Of a DNA stretch of 64,000 nt, positions 40,343-53,750 are shown piece after piece (the first letter of the stretch is position 1; the number at the start of each line of letters is the position of its first letter). The position numbers and the translations under genes were made by a program. The DNA is from Octopus sinensis (taxonomy: Eukaryota): positions 8,432,001 through 8,496,000 of the forward strand of contig NC_043022.1 in assembly GCF_006345805.1 (NCBI RefSeq), read 5' to 3'. The notes below the pieces were generated by a model. The model made no database searches and was not told the origin of the DNA. It saw nothing but the letters and a program-made list of their open reading frames with translations.

Positions 40343-41630
40343 GAGGGGCGTTCAATAAGTAGTGCCCCTGACCCACTTCCCATAGCAGTAGAGCAACGAA
40401 ACTTGGCACAGTTATTAGTCTTTTTCTACATAGGAACCACCCAGAGTTACACATTTCTCCCATTGCTTGATGCAGCTCTGGAGACCGTTTTTGTAGAAGA
40501 CCCCAGCTTGGTCCTCCAACCTGAACATAACTTCAGAAATCAAGGCTGCATCATCTGGGAAACGCTTTCCTTTCAAAAACAACTTCATGACTGGGAAGAG
40601 GTGAAAATCAGAGGGTGCAAGGTCAGGAAAGTAGGGGGATGGGGGAGGAGTTCATAGCCATACGCCTGTGCTTCTGATCTAGCGACAAGCGAGTTGTGGA
40701 CCGGAGCGTTGTCCTGCAGGAGGAGATGCCTTTGCTGATCTTGCCCCGCCTCTTGATTTTGATAGCTTCTCTTAATTTCCTCAAAAGTGAAGCATAATAG
40801 TTTCCTGCAATTGTGGTACCCTTTGCCAGGAAATCTGTCATCACTACTCCGTCCTGGTCCCAGAAGACTGTGAGCATGACCTTGCCAGCGGAGGGCTGCA
40901 CCCTTGCCTTCTTTGGAGGGAGTGAGTCACGGTGCTTCCACTGCATTGACTGGGCTTTGGTCTCTGGATCATCGTGATGGACCCAGGTTTCATCCTGTGT
41001 AATCAGTCTTTTGAAAAATTTTGACTCATCTTCTTGGCACATCTCCAAATTCACCCCCGAGCACTTGACGCGTTCTTGCTTCTGGAAAGGCATGAGCAAC
41101 CTGGGAATCCATCTGGCAGACACCTTTTGCATATGCAAATGGTCATGAATGATAGTTTCCACAGACCCGGTACTAATCTTGACCTCATGGGCTATTTGGT
41201 GAATAATTATGCGTCGATCTTCCAAAATGGCAGCCTCAACTTGACGGACAGATGCCTCATCAATGGCAGAAGGGGCGACCAGATCTGGGAGCTTTTTCCA
41301 CAGAGTTCTGACCATGTTTGAATTCACGATACCAGCGTTTTACAAGGTCATATGATGGGGCATCATCATCATAAGTTACTTTCATTTCATCAAAAGTCTC
41401 CCGTGGTGTGCGTCCTTTCAAATACAAAAACCGGATCACTGCTCGACACTCAACAGGCTCCATTTCACACTTGACTCGGTTCAAACACCTGTAAATCAGA
41501 AACCACAATTAATTCAGAGCTGTAATTTGCCACTTACTCTATAGAGATATAAATGATTGCACATGCAAAATTTCAGCTAGATCAAACAACTGCAAGTGGG
41601 TCGGAGGCATTACTTATTGAACGTCCCTCG
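40342..41630 (-). mobile_element. Full-length mariner transposon (1289 bp) inserted in (TA)n
   Basis: TIRs CGAGGGGCGTTCAATAAGTAGTGCCCCTGACCCACTT and the reverse complement of AAGTGGGTCGGAGGCATTACTTATTGAACGTCCCTCG, each flanked by TA. Confidence 0.96.
40415..41463 (-). pseudogene. Mariner DD34D transposase with three frameshifts
   Basis: MEPVECRAVIRFL..APRSGRP / ..VSARWIPRLL..LITQDETWVHH..SAGKVMLTVFWD..KGI / LLQDNAPVH..YELLPHP / YFPDLAPSDFHLF..GGSYVEKD*. Shifts near 41270, 40730 and 40635; 34 residues between the second and third Asp after repair. Confidence 0.93.
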
Positions 41631-43502
41631 TATATATATACACACACTTATTATGTTCATCACTTTTGCTGAACTGCTACATTACATGAACTTAAACAAA
41701 GCAACACCAGTTGTCAAGTGATGGCAGAGATGAACATAAAGACACAATGACACAAGCATACAATGACATACACAAACACACACACACACATTCAAAACCA
41801 GGGTGACACACAGTAGGCTGAACCCCAAACCATGTAGTTGCAAAGTGAGCTTCTTAACCACCACACAACCAGGCCTATGTGTGTGATTATATATAATCTC
41901 CCATCTCTCTCACCTTAGCTCTCTAGATACTGGTGTTTCCCATCATCTACACCCCCGCCCTTTTTCATCACTCCATTAACTTTTTACCTCAACCTGTTTA
42001 CTTCCCCATCACATTCTTATGAAAGCATCCACTCTCTCCTTTGTTGATCCACTGTCTTTGTCTTATGCTCACCTAGTTCCTTGAGAATTTTCTCTAGCAC
42101 TCCATCACTACCTTTTTCTTGTCTCTATAGCAAGTCACCTGTGTTTGTCTCTCTGTGATGCCTTTCAGCACCTGACATACAGCTACCCACATCTACCTTC
42201 CCCTCTCAAATGCATCCTCATTTTAGAGGGACCTTGTCTTTTTTCTCTGTTCTCCTCTCTCTTGCAAGTTACATGGCAACCTCACTCATGCCAGTGGCAG
42301 GAAAAAAAGAGCACTCAGTACACATTGTAAAGCAGTTGGCATTAGGAAGGACATCAAGCTGTAGAAGCCACACCAAAGATGACATTGGGGCTTTCTGCAG
42401 CCGTGAGTCTTGTTGGTTTCCTGTCAAACGGTTCTACCTATACCAACATAGAAAGCAGACATTAAAAGATGATGATATATTTAAGAGGTTTCTGTATGTG
42501 TATATCCAATTCTTCTTCCACTCCTTTATTTTCATATAACAATCATTTGTCATTCACTGCTGCCTTACTTCAAGCTCTCTGTTTCACTTCCCCATATTCA
42601 CTTTCATTTATCATGTGCTTGCCCCACTCTTTCTTGCTCCCCTTCTCTCCCCCTTCCTCTCTCTTCCAATATCGTTCCTTTTTTTTTACATTTTGTTCTC
42701 TCACTATGTATTTCTCTCTCACTCTCCTTTTCTCTATCCCCTCTGTGTTTCCCTCAACATTAACAGTCTTCATAAAAAAAAATCTTCCAGTATCTATCAA
42801 TATCAACAGTACAATTTACTAATATAAAGAAAGCACAAGAAGCAATAGCAAAAAGAAAGGTAAAAGCAGGGTAAAGAAGAAAAAATAAATAGTAAAAAGG
42901 GAGGGTAAGAATGAGGAAGAGGAAAACTGTACTCTCTTAGCTGGGCATTATCTATTTTTCTTTTTGTTTTTGTTTCCCTCTTTTCTCTCCCTGTACATTC
43001 ATCAGCTCTCCTTATCATTCTCTCTCAATACTTCCTGCTCCTCATAAAAATTTGCCAGGCTCTTCAGAGGTTTGAGATCAAAAGTTATTTAACTTAAATA
43101 AAAAAATATATATATATGTCACAAACAGCTCTATCTTTTTAGCTTGCTCTTCATTTACATTTTCATATGTTCTGTCACTCAAATTCTTTATGTCTTACAT
43201 CTCTTGAAATCACATTATTTTTACAACTTCTCTTTAACTTATAGTCACAGTTCAGTACAAGACAATGATAGTATATATATATGTACGTGTGTGTGTGTGT
43301 GTGTGTGTGTATAGGATAAAGAAAGTCAGAGGCTGCTTGTGCCTTTGACTTTCTCTATCCAAAGGCTTTTTTTTAACCAATATTTATTTGTTATTATTTA
43401 CAGCATTATTGCTTCAAGTTCCACTTGAAAAAAGTATTTTGCAAAATTTCTAGATTTTTATAGCAATATACATACGCATATATATATATATATATATATA
43501 TT

Positions 43503-46500
43503 ATAATAATAATAATTTTAAATTCGGTTTACTCCTTTAGTGTGCTGTTTTATTCACGAGACTTGTGATTTTCATTTTCTTTCTCTCATATTTTATGTGT
43601 GTGCGTGTATACACACACTTCATTGCATGTACTAATTATAATTATGGATTCGCAAGATACTTGAGACCAGTAAACAATAGTTCAACTCTGTATGGACCAC
43701 TGTACTGACCAATTGAATCACCTGGAATACTTTCTCTTACAGTGATTTGTTTATCTATAAATATGTGGAGATGTTTCTAAGTTAATTCGTTGGAAGTAAA
43801 CATTGCATTCCTCTCTACTAGGTATTTCTCTCTATATTTTCATTTGCAGTTTCCGATATTTACTTTTGGCAAATTTTTTCCATCTTTCCATCTTATTTGC
43901 TTTTATCTTTTGTTGCTCTTTTTTAATTAGTTCAGAATCCAGTGTGTAGGCTTTGGTATCCACCTATTGTCACTCAGCCTCAACAGTATATACCATCAAT
44001 TTCATTTGCTACTAGACTCACACATCAGAGTCTGAGTTGTGTTAGCTTAGAGAGTGAACTCAAATGGCATAAATCTGTAGTAAAAAAACTATTTGAGGAT
44101 CAACTGATGAAATATGTATGATCAGTTACTCATTGTTATCAGATGTCATCTGCTCTCAGCAAATTCAGTATCAAGGATATCCATTTAGATACTATCTCTG
44201 CCATTCTTACACATTTGCCATATGATAGTTTTGTCCAGTTCTTGATGTTATCAAACTAATTTGCCCTAGATCTTTCCCTCAAGAATTTGCTATTAATCTT
44301 TCCGTCTAATGATAGTTTTGTATACCTTGCATTCTTACTTTGTGACCAAAATACTTTAGCTTCCTATTTTTCTAATAGCTTAGTGTAATGACCTTTTTGT
44401 ATTGGCTAGTTGTAGCATTTCTTCATTTGTTTTATGTTTGGTCCTAGATAATCTTAACACAAGAGGAGACACATGGGACAGAGAGTCACTGATGAGGTCA
44501 CAGAAGGTGTGACGAAAGAACTTTGAGAGATGTATGCACTAAAAATAAGATCAATGAAAACTGAAGTGAAGATGAATTAAATAGTGTGTTAAATTGGCAA
44601 AAAAAAAAAATCAAAACAAAAGACCATCTTCAAATATCACAATATCTGTTTCAACAAACATTTTTACATCAAGAATCTTGGAAAACAAATGCATAAACAT
44701 AAAAATCTTAACATACTTCTCTGTGATAACAAGAAACTACATCATGTTGTAAGGATTTTTTGAGAGCTCAATTTTTTAAGAGTCAGTTTATGAAATTTAA
44801 GACCTCTCTCTAAAGTTTTTACAAAACAAATTCACCAAATTGGAAAGGGGAATTTTATTTATTCCTTCTTGTATACATAGAAAATTTTCCAATCAGCTAG
44901 AGCTAAACCTCTGATGACAGTAAACTTGTGTTTTCACATCTGTTATACTACTACTACTATTACTACTTGTGTGTGTGTGTGTCAGACCACAAACTTTAAT
45001 GCTTGTATATATTTATATATATAATAATAATAATTTTAAATTCGGTTTACTCCTTTAGTGTGCTGTTTTATTCACGAGACTTGTGATTTTCATTTTCTTT
45101 CTCTCATATTTTATGTGTGTGCGTGTATACACACACTTCATTGCATGTACTAATTATAATTATGGATTCGCAAGATACTTGAGACCAGTAAACAATAGTT
45201 CAACTCTGTATGGACCACTGTACTGACCAATTGAATCACCTGGAATACTTTCTCTTACAGTGATTTGTTTATCTATAAATATGTGGAGATGTTTCTAAGT
45301 TAATTCGTTGGAAGTAAACATTGCATTCCTCTCTACTAGGTATTTCTCTCTATATTTTCATTTGCAGTTTCCGATATTTACTTTTGGCAAATTTTTTCCA
45401 TCTTTCCATCTTATTTGCTTTTATCTTTTGTTGCTCTTTTTTAATTAGTTCAGAATCCAGTGTGTAGGCTTTGGTATCCACCTATTGTCACTCAGCCTCA
45501 ACAGTATATACCATCAATTTCATTTGCTACTAGACTCACACATCAGAGTCTGAGTTGTGTTAGCTTAGAGAGTGAACTCAAATGGCATAAATCTGTAGTA
45601 AAAAAACTATTTGAGGATCAACTGATGAAATATGTATGATCAGTTACTCATTGTTATCAGATGTCATCTGCTCTCAGCAAATTCAGTATCAAGGATATCC
45701 ATTTAGATACTATCTCTGCCATTCTTACACATTTGCCATATGATAGTTTTGTCCAGTTCTTGATGTTATCAAACTAATTTGCCCTAGATCTTTCCCTCAA
45801 GAATTTGCTATTAATCTTTCCGTCTAATGATAGTTTTGTATACCTTGCATTCTTACTTTGTGACCAAAATACTTTAGCTTCCTATTTTTCTAATAGCTTA
45901 GTGTAATGACCTTTTTGTATTGGCTAGTTGTAGCATTTCTTCATTTGTTTTATGTTTGGTCCTAGATAATCTTAACACAAGAGGAGACACATGGGACAGA
46001 GAGTCACTGATGAGGTCACAGAAGGTGTGACGAAAGAACTTTGAGAGATGTATGCACTAAAAATAAGATCAATGAAAACTGAAGTGAAGATGAATTAAAT
46101 AGTGTGTTAAATTGGCAAAAAAAAAAAATCAAAACAAAAGACCATCTTCAAATATCACAATATCTGTTTCAACAAACATTTTTACATCAAGAATCTTGGA
46201 AAACAAATGCATAAACATAAAAATCTTAACATACTTCTCTGTGATAACAAGAAACTACATCATGTTGTAAGGATTTTTTGAGAGCTCAATTTTTTTAAGA
46301 GTCAGTTTATGAAATTTAAGACCTCTCTCTAAAGTTTTTACAAAACAAATTCACCAAATTGGAAAGGGGAATTTTATTTATTCCTTCTTGTATACATAGA
46401 AAATTTTCCAATCAGCTAGAGCTAAACCTCTGATGACAGTAAACTTGTGTTTTCACATCTGTTATACTACTACTACTATTACTACTTGTGTGTGTGTGTC

Positions 46501-46540
46501 AGACCACAAACTTTAATGCTTGTATATATTTATATATATA
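43503..46540. repeat. Near-identical tandem duplication, period about 1518 bp
   Basis: ATAATAATAATAATTTTAAATTCGG at 43503 and 45021; the differences noted are only run lengths of T and GT. Confidence 0.95.
44139..44460 (-). mobile_element. Decayed RTE LINE 3' end (duplicated at 45657-45978)
   Basis: Minus strand VLRLSRTKHKTNEEMLQLANTKRSL..RKLKYFGHKVR..DGKINSK..FDNIKNWTKLSYGKCVRMAE..NLLRADDI*. Confidence 0.8.
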
Positions 46541-46673
46541 AATAATGCACACACACACACACACATATATGCATAAGGAAAAAAGTCAAGGTAGAAAATG
46601 CTAAAATTGTTTTAGCATTTTCTACCTTGGCTTTTTTCCTTATACATATCAACACTCGTGTTCCCTTTCAACC

Positions 46674-46727
<54 letters not shown>

Positions 46728-46797
46728 CAGATATCTTTCAGTTTCTGTCTACCCACCTTCACTCAACAGTAGCTACACGGCAGGACTGAACTCAAAA

Positions 46798-46833
<36 letters not shown>

Positions 46834-47429
46834 ACACACACATATATTTATATATATATAAACATTAAAAGTTGAACATTAACAATCAAACATAAAAATA
46901 ATGATAACAAAACAAGAAGAAGACGTAAAGAAAAGGAAAGTATTAGCTTGACACTCCATAACTGTGGAAAAAAGAGTGGATTTTGAATGTTCTGACCATA
47001 TCTCTTTATCAGAAAGAAGAAAAGAAAAAGTCCAGAGAAGGTAAAAGTCCATGTACAGCATGTGTGTGGTTACATGGCTGAAGTGTATACCTTTGTCTTG
47101 ACATCATGTAATGGTTGTAAATGAGCATCATCATCATATAAGAAATGTTGTTTGCTTCCAGTCTTCTGGAAAGAGCATATCTGTTCATAGGGAAATATTA
47201 CCTTCCTTGGAAAGATTGAGGGTTGGCGAGAGAAAGAGCATCTAATGAATTCAGTCTGATCCAAGCAGGCATGAAAACTGAAAGTGAAATTATTATATAT
47301 ACGTATATATTATATGTATCTATATAAATAAGTGTATGTGTTTATATATATTCTTTATATGCATAGTGATGTTCTTTATTTTATTGTACTTAGTAAATTT
47401 AAGTAGGAGTTATTTTACTCACATGTGTA

Positions 47430-47486
<57 letters not shown>

Positions 47487-48009
47487 CTAGCTCTGTTAAC
47501 AATATGGCAAATTTTCATGATTTTGTTTTTTCTTTTTCTTTGTCATCTACTTGTAAAAATCTTTATTTGAGTTATTTTCTCCCCATACTTATCTGAAATT
47601 TATTGTGTTTCAAATTCCTAAAAATATGAACTAACAATCTAGCTTATTTGCATGAATTTAAAACAAAAGAGAGCAAAATTTATAAAAATTGAAATTAAAC
47701 ACACACACGTATATACATGCACACACACACATATATATAGCACGTTTTTCAATTTTATGTGAATTGAAAATATATTCTTTTTTTTTCCAGTTTTTTTCTT
47801 CCATTTTTTTAGAAATTTTACTTAAATTCTTAAAAGGGTTCATTCAAATATGTATAAAAATACACTTATGCATTTTGCCAAAAGGAATTTTACACACACA
47901 AACCTCACAGAGCATTTTTACATTCATGCAAGCATGAATATGTGAAACTGGTTTTACATCTAAAGCAAACTGCTGTTTTATAGATAGTTATTATTATTAT
48001 TATTATTAT

Positions 48010-48042
<33 letters not shown>

Positions 48043-48076
48043 AAAATTCTGTACTTATAAGAATTTATTTCCGCTC

Positions 48077-48110
<34 letters not shown>

Positions 48111-48574
48111 CTGTAATTTGGCATTACTTATACTGCTATTTGTTACACGATGCCTTCTTTCCACTCATCCACCCACTCCCCCCACCAAAATATCTAGGGC
48201 ATTGTGTCTCTGAAAGAAATCAATAAGTAAAGCTGCTACTCTGGTTGTGAGCCCCCTATTGTGAGATAGGTAAAGCTTCTTTAGCAAGACAAAAATTTGC
48301 AATTTTATTTCATTCTGTACTTTTAAGCCATTTCATTCCACTTGCAGAGCTAACGACTTTAGAATAGACATACTCTGTTGTTGTTCTTAGTTATTGGATA
48401 GCAACCAGTCTGGGGCACCAGATTTGAGTGCTTTCAGTTGATTGTATTGAACCCTGTACCTATTTCAGCCTGGTATTTATTTTATGGGTCTCTATTTGGC
48501 TAACGTGTAAGCTATAAGCTTTAAGTGACTCAAAATTAAAGAGAATATATATATGTGGTGTATTATATATTATC

Positions 48575-49795
48575 ATATCATCATCATCATCATTTAACGT
48601 CCGCTTCCATGCTAGCATGGGTTGGACGGTTCAACTGGGGTCTGGGGAGCCCGAAAGCTGCACCAGTCCAGTCAGATCTGGCAGTGTTTCTACAGCTGGA
48701 TCCTTCCTAACGCCAACCACTCCGAGAGTGTGTAGTGGGTGGTGATTTTATGTGCCACCGACACAGGTGCCAGACGAGGCTGGCAAACGGCCACGCTCGG
48801 ATGGTTTTTTTATGTGCCACCGACACAGGTGCCAGACGAGGCTGGCAGACGGCCACGCTCGGATGGTGTTTTTTTTATGTGCCACCGACACGGTGCCAGA
48901 CGAGGCTGGCAGATGGCCACGCTCGGATGGTTTTTTTTATGTGCCACCGACACAGGTGCCAGACGAGGCTGGCAGACGGCCACGCTCGGATGGTGTTTTT
49001 ATGTGCCACCGACACAGGTGCCAGATGAGGCTGGCAAATGGCCACGATCGGATGGTGCTTGTACGTGCCCACAGCACGGAGGCCAGTCGATGCGGTACTG
49101 GCTACGGCCACGTTCGGATGGTTTTCTTATGTGCTACGTGCCACCGGCACTGGTACCACAAAGATACAAATTCCATTGATGTTCATCTATTTTGATTTGT
49201 TTTGATTTTCACTTGCCTCAACAGGTCTTCACAAGTGTCACAAGAAGGAAGGTATGCACAGGTGGACTGACTACGTCCCAGGTAGGGGCCATGGGTTATG
49301 GCCTGACTAGTCTTGCCGGGTCTTCGGATGGTGTTTTTATGTGCCACCGACACAGGTGCTAGATGAGGCTGGCGAACGGCCACGATCGGATGGTGTTTGT
49401 CATGTGCCCACCGCACTGACTACGGCACTGATGGATTCTTGTGTGCCACAGGCACTGGTACCACAAGATACAAATTCCATTGATGTTCATCTATTTTGTC
49501 TATTTTGATTTGATTTGATTTTCACTTGCCTCAACCGGTCTTCACAAGTGTCACAAGAAGAAGGTATGCACAGGTGGACTGACTAGAATTGCCGGGTCTT
49601 CGGAAGGTGTTTTTATGTGCCACCGACACAGGTGCCAGATGAGGCTGGCGAACGGCCATGATCGGATGGTGTTTGTTACGTGCCCACAGCACGGAGGCCG
49701 GTCGATGCGGAACTGGCTACGGCCACGTTCGGATGGTTCTCTTGTGTGCCACCGGCACTGGTACCACAAAGTGTGTGCCACCGGCACTGGTACCA
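48575..49795 (-). mobile_element. RTE-derived 3' UTR with about 62-bp VNTR and triplicated module
   Basis: (GAT)n tail and terminus as in 25863-26530; five type-A units at 48738-49050; modules restart at 49326 and 49602. Confidence 0.85.
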
Positions 49796-49802
49796 TATTT
49801 AT

Positions 49803-50121
49803 ATAATTTTGTGGGTGTTTACTAAATCAGCTGCTTGATTTTGGAGATTCATTGTATCTGTGCCCAGGGAAGCAAGGCATTCAGAGTATGGTAGATGCCT
49901 GATGGAGGGTATTTGTTTGGTTGCATGTCTCTAAACAGTTTCCAGGAGGTCAATGGCCTGAGCAAGATAGGGATTCCAGACTGGTGATGCAAATTCCATA
50001 TATGGCCTTAACTATATAGCAGGAGAGCAACTGATAAAGGCCTTGCTGAGTGATACCAGCCTTCTTGACAAGTTTAGAGATGTGCTTTGTCCAGTGCAAA
50101 TTGCTTCTGACAGTAATGCCC
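49803..50121 (-). mobile_element. Decayed CR1/L2-type LINE RT C-terminal fragment
   Basis: GITVRSNLHWTKHISKLVKKA../..VRPHMEFASPVWNPYLAQAIDLLETV*RHATKQIPSIRHLPYSECLASLG..AADLVNTHKII matches LGI..L.W..HI..RPxLEYxxxVWxP..LExVQRRATK. Confidence 0.85.
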
Positions 50122-51061
50122 ATATATGTGTTTGTCCCCTACCATTGCTTGGCAACTGGTGTTACAATCTCCTCTAAATGTGAGTAGCCATGTAGCTTCT
50201 CTACAGCAAGAACCAGCCCTACCCTGCAGTCTTCTCTCATACTTTACCCCTTAACTCCTAGTATAAAGCACTCTCCCTTCATGAGTTTCATAGTCTTACA
50301 AGCAACATGGTGAGGATTTCATTAGTGTTGATAACATGATAAAAACACACAGCATATGCTGTAAAGTGATTGGCATTAGGAAGGGCTTCCAGCTGTTGAA
50401 GCCATCCCATAGCAGATGCTGAAGCACAATGGAATCTTTAAACCTATCAGATCTTGTCAAACTATTTAAGCCATGGCAGCATAGAAGATGGATATTAAAT
50501 AATGATGATAAAATTGACTAAACCCTCTTCTACATGATGCTCCAGCATGACTGTAATCAAAAGGATAAATCCAAGCAAAGTGAAACAAACAAGGAAAAAT
50601 AGAGAAATGGAAAAATAAACATAATCACTCCACTCTCTTTATTTAGATAACATAGATTCATGTTTGCAAACCATTTCTTTCACTTGTACTGTTTCATGTG
50701 GAATTTCTTTAAGTTTAAATTCTTCAATGTTCTTAGAAAAATCTTTTTGTTTTATTATTTATATCAGGAATGTTGTATAAAACAGCTTTGGTTAAAACAA
50801 ATTCATTTTCTTTATTGTCTTTATAAAAAATACACTTAACCCTTTTGATATGAATCTTGCTTGAATTTACTTCTAGTCTTTTGTTATTGCATCTACCATT
50901 TATAAATGTTCACACAGACATGGCTGTATGATTAAGAAACTTTCTTCCCATCTGCATGGTTTTGGGTTCAGTCTTGCTGTATAACATCTAGGGTGAAAGT
51001 CTTGGGCTGACCAATGTCTTGTGAGTGAATTCAGTAGACAGAAACTGTATCAAAACCTGTA

Positions 51062-51097
<36 letters not shown>

Positions 51098-51106
51098 ATA
51101 TATATA

Positions 51107-51137
<31 letters not shown>

Positions 51138-51445
51138 GGAGGCGCAATGGCCTAGTGGTTAGGGCAGCGGACTCGCGGTCGTAGGATCGCGGTTTCGATT
51201 CCCAGACTGGGCGTTGTGAGTGTTTATTGAGCGAAAACACCTAAAGCTCCACGAGGCTCCGGCAGGGGGTGGTGGCGATCCCTGCTGTACTCTTTCGCAA
51301 CTTTCTCTCACTCTTTCTTCTGTTGGCCTGCTCGCTTAGCCAGCGGGGTGGCGTCACTTGAAGGCTAAAACAATGCGAAGCACATTGTGACCAGCGATGT
51401 GTAACAACATCTGATAGCCTGGTCGGTCACGGTGATCACAGTGAT
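51138..51445 (+). mobile_element. SINE family A, full length and young
   Basis: GGAGGCGCAATGGCCTAGTGGTTAGGGCAGCGG..GGTTTCGATTCCC; CpGs intact. Confidence 0.92.
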
Positions 51446-53347
51446 ATATATATATATATATATATATATGCGTGTGTGTGTATAATGAAGCAGTTCAGTA
51501 AAAGAGACTAATAGACTAAGTACCAGACTTGATAACCAATAAGTAGTGGGGTCAATTTATTAGACGAAACCCTCTAAGTACGTGTCTCAGCAAGCCCGCA
51601 GCATAATAACTGAAAAAAAAATTAAGTTGAAAGATAATCTGTGTATTATGTACTTGCTTCCTATGTATTTTCTTGTTTTCTATGTATTTTCTTACGTTCA
51701 TTATTGCTGCATACAGCATAAAAATCTACTTATAATAAACACTATCATGGATAAAACGCATCTTGAATTTAGGCTTAAATTGACTCAAAAATCGCAAGTT
51801 ACCAAGCACCTATGCAACTGCTAGATGTGTAGACAATCTACTGTACATTGATGTCCCATCACAATTATAAAATTATCATGTAATTTCAAGTGATGCAGAT
51901 GAAAACATACATATGTATGTATGCATTTTACCCTTGCTTCATTTCTCTCTCTTTTTTTTATCTCCTTTTTTCTCTCTCCAGTCTCACTGAACTTACCTCT
52001 CGTATCCAACAAAGTACTATGTCTGAAACATAATCTTACTCTATAACTTTGTTTTACTTTATTTGAGTTTCAGCTTAATAGTATTAACTATGAACATTCC
52101 TTGGGCACTCTATTGTGTTGTTTTTGTTACTTGTATTTGCTTTGGTGCTGCATCATCATCATTTAAAATCCATATTCCATGCTGGCATGGGTTTGATGGT
52201 TTGAAAGAACTTGGTGAGCCAAATGACAGTACCAAGCCCTACTCTGCTTTAACATGTTTTCTATAGCTGCATGCCCTCCCTAACTCCAATTATATATATA
52301 CATACTATATATATATATATATATGTGCTTTTTAGTATAACACCTAATAGAATTCTATAAACAAACCTTTCAATAGAAATATTTTCATGAATTGAACAGC
52401 AGGAACTGCTAGCAACCACTGACCAACGACAGTCAAGGCAATCCCAAATTTTTTCCTCCCCTTCTCCCCCTCTTCCTCCTTCTTCTTCTTCCCTACCAAG
52501 AATTCACATGGACTTTGAACCCACAAGAGTAAACAAGAGAGACAAAGAAAGGCAGAAGCAAGGAAAATGCCACTTATATTTGAACACTATACAAATATTC
52601 TTTTAAAAAAACTTTTTAAATTTTTCTAAATTTAATTTTTTAATTGTTACAGTTGAAAAGGTCTCAAATGACCGAAACTGGTACTGAAATGTTCTTTATA
52701 AAATTATTTTAGCATTTTCTATCTTGACTTGTTTTTTCATATATATCAACTCCCTTTTCATCCTTATATATATATATAGTTACTATAAGGTGAGCACAAG
52801 TGTGTACATATGCCGTGAAAGAGAGAGAGAGAGAGTTGAATTCTCTAGTAAATCCATAGATGTAAACTTAAATAATGAGAAAATTTCATTGATAACACAA
52901 AAGTAAGACACAGTATTGACATGTAAACCTTGGATATTTAAGACTGTGTTTGTGGATAGTTGATGGGTTGGATGTAGTGCTATTAAAAGAGCAATAACTC
53001 TTGAAATATGCATATACACACATTTTTTACATAGCTGCATTCATATAAAAAAACATTGTAACTATATATATATATTGTAACTCACAATACGGGCTCTGAA
53101 TTCTACAGAAAATTTATAGATAAACTGGAAAAATATGTATGTATACAAATATATATATACAGACACACATACACAAAACTTTTTCTGTTTCTGTTAACCA
53201 AATACACTCAAATCCTTGGTTGGATCAAGCCTGAAATTATGTGGTTGGGAAGTGAAATTACTAGCCACACAACCATACCAGTAGCTATGTACTTTTTAAT
53301 ATTTCATTTTGTATTAAATAAATTGATATATGATAAAAAAATAATCA

Positions 53348-53750
53348 TAGGTACAGGAGTGGCTGTGTGGTAAGAAGTTTGCTTCTCAACCACATGGTTC
53401 TGGGTTCAGTCCCACTGCGTGGCACTTGGGCAAGTGTCTTCTACTATAGCCTCGGGCCAACCAAAACTTTGTGATGGATTTGGTAGACAGAAACTAAAAG
53501 AAGTCCGTTGTGTGTGTGTGTTTGTATGTGTGTTTGTGTGTGTGTGTCTGTGTTTGTCCCCCCCCCAACATCGCTTGACAACTGATGTTGGTGTATTTAT
53601 GTCCCTGTAACTTAGTGGTTTGGCAAAAGAGACTGATAGAACAAGTGCTAGGCTTACAAGGAATAAGTCCTGGTGTCGATTTGTTTGACTAAAGGCAGTG
53701 CTCCAGCATGGCCACAGTCAAATCACTGAAACAAGTAAAAGAGTAAAAAA
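53348..53750 (+). mobile_element. SINE family B, most complete copy
   Basis: Head, internal TG microsatellite, body and AGTAAAAGAGTAAAA tail. Confidence 0.9.

Noticed and set aside
40623-41327. 234-aa ORF as an intact transposase gene
   Set aside because: It is only the middle segment between frameshifts and lacks the N-terminal HTH and two catalytic Asp residues.
48735-49195. Regular repeats as a CRISPR array, or overlapping ORFs as a repeat protein
   Set aside because: No unique spacers, no cas genes, eukaryotic context; units are contiguous and lie in a LINE 3' UTR; several frames are open because the GC-rich units lack stops.
51138-51215. SINE heads as functional tRNA genes
   Set aside because: A/B boxes are present, but they continue into shared SINE bodies with no T-run terminator or complete cloverleaf.
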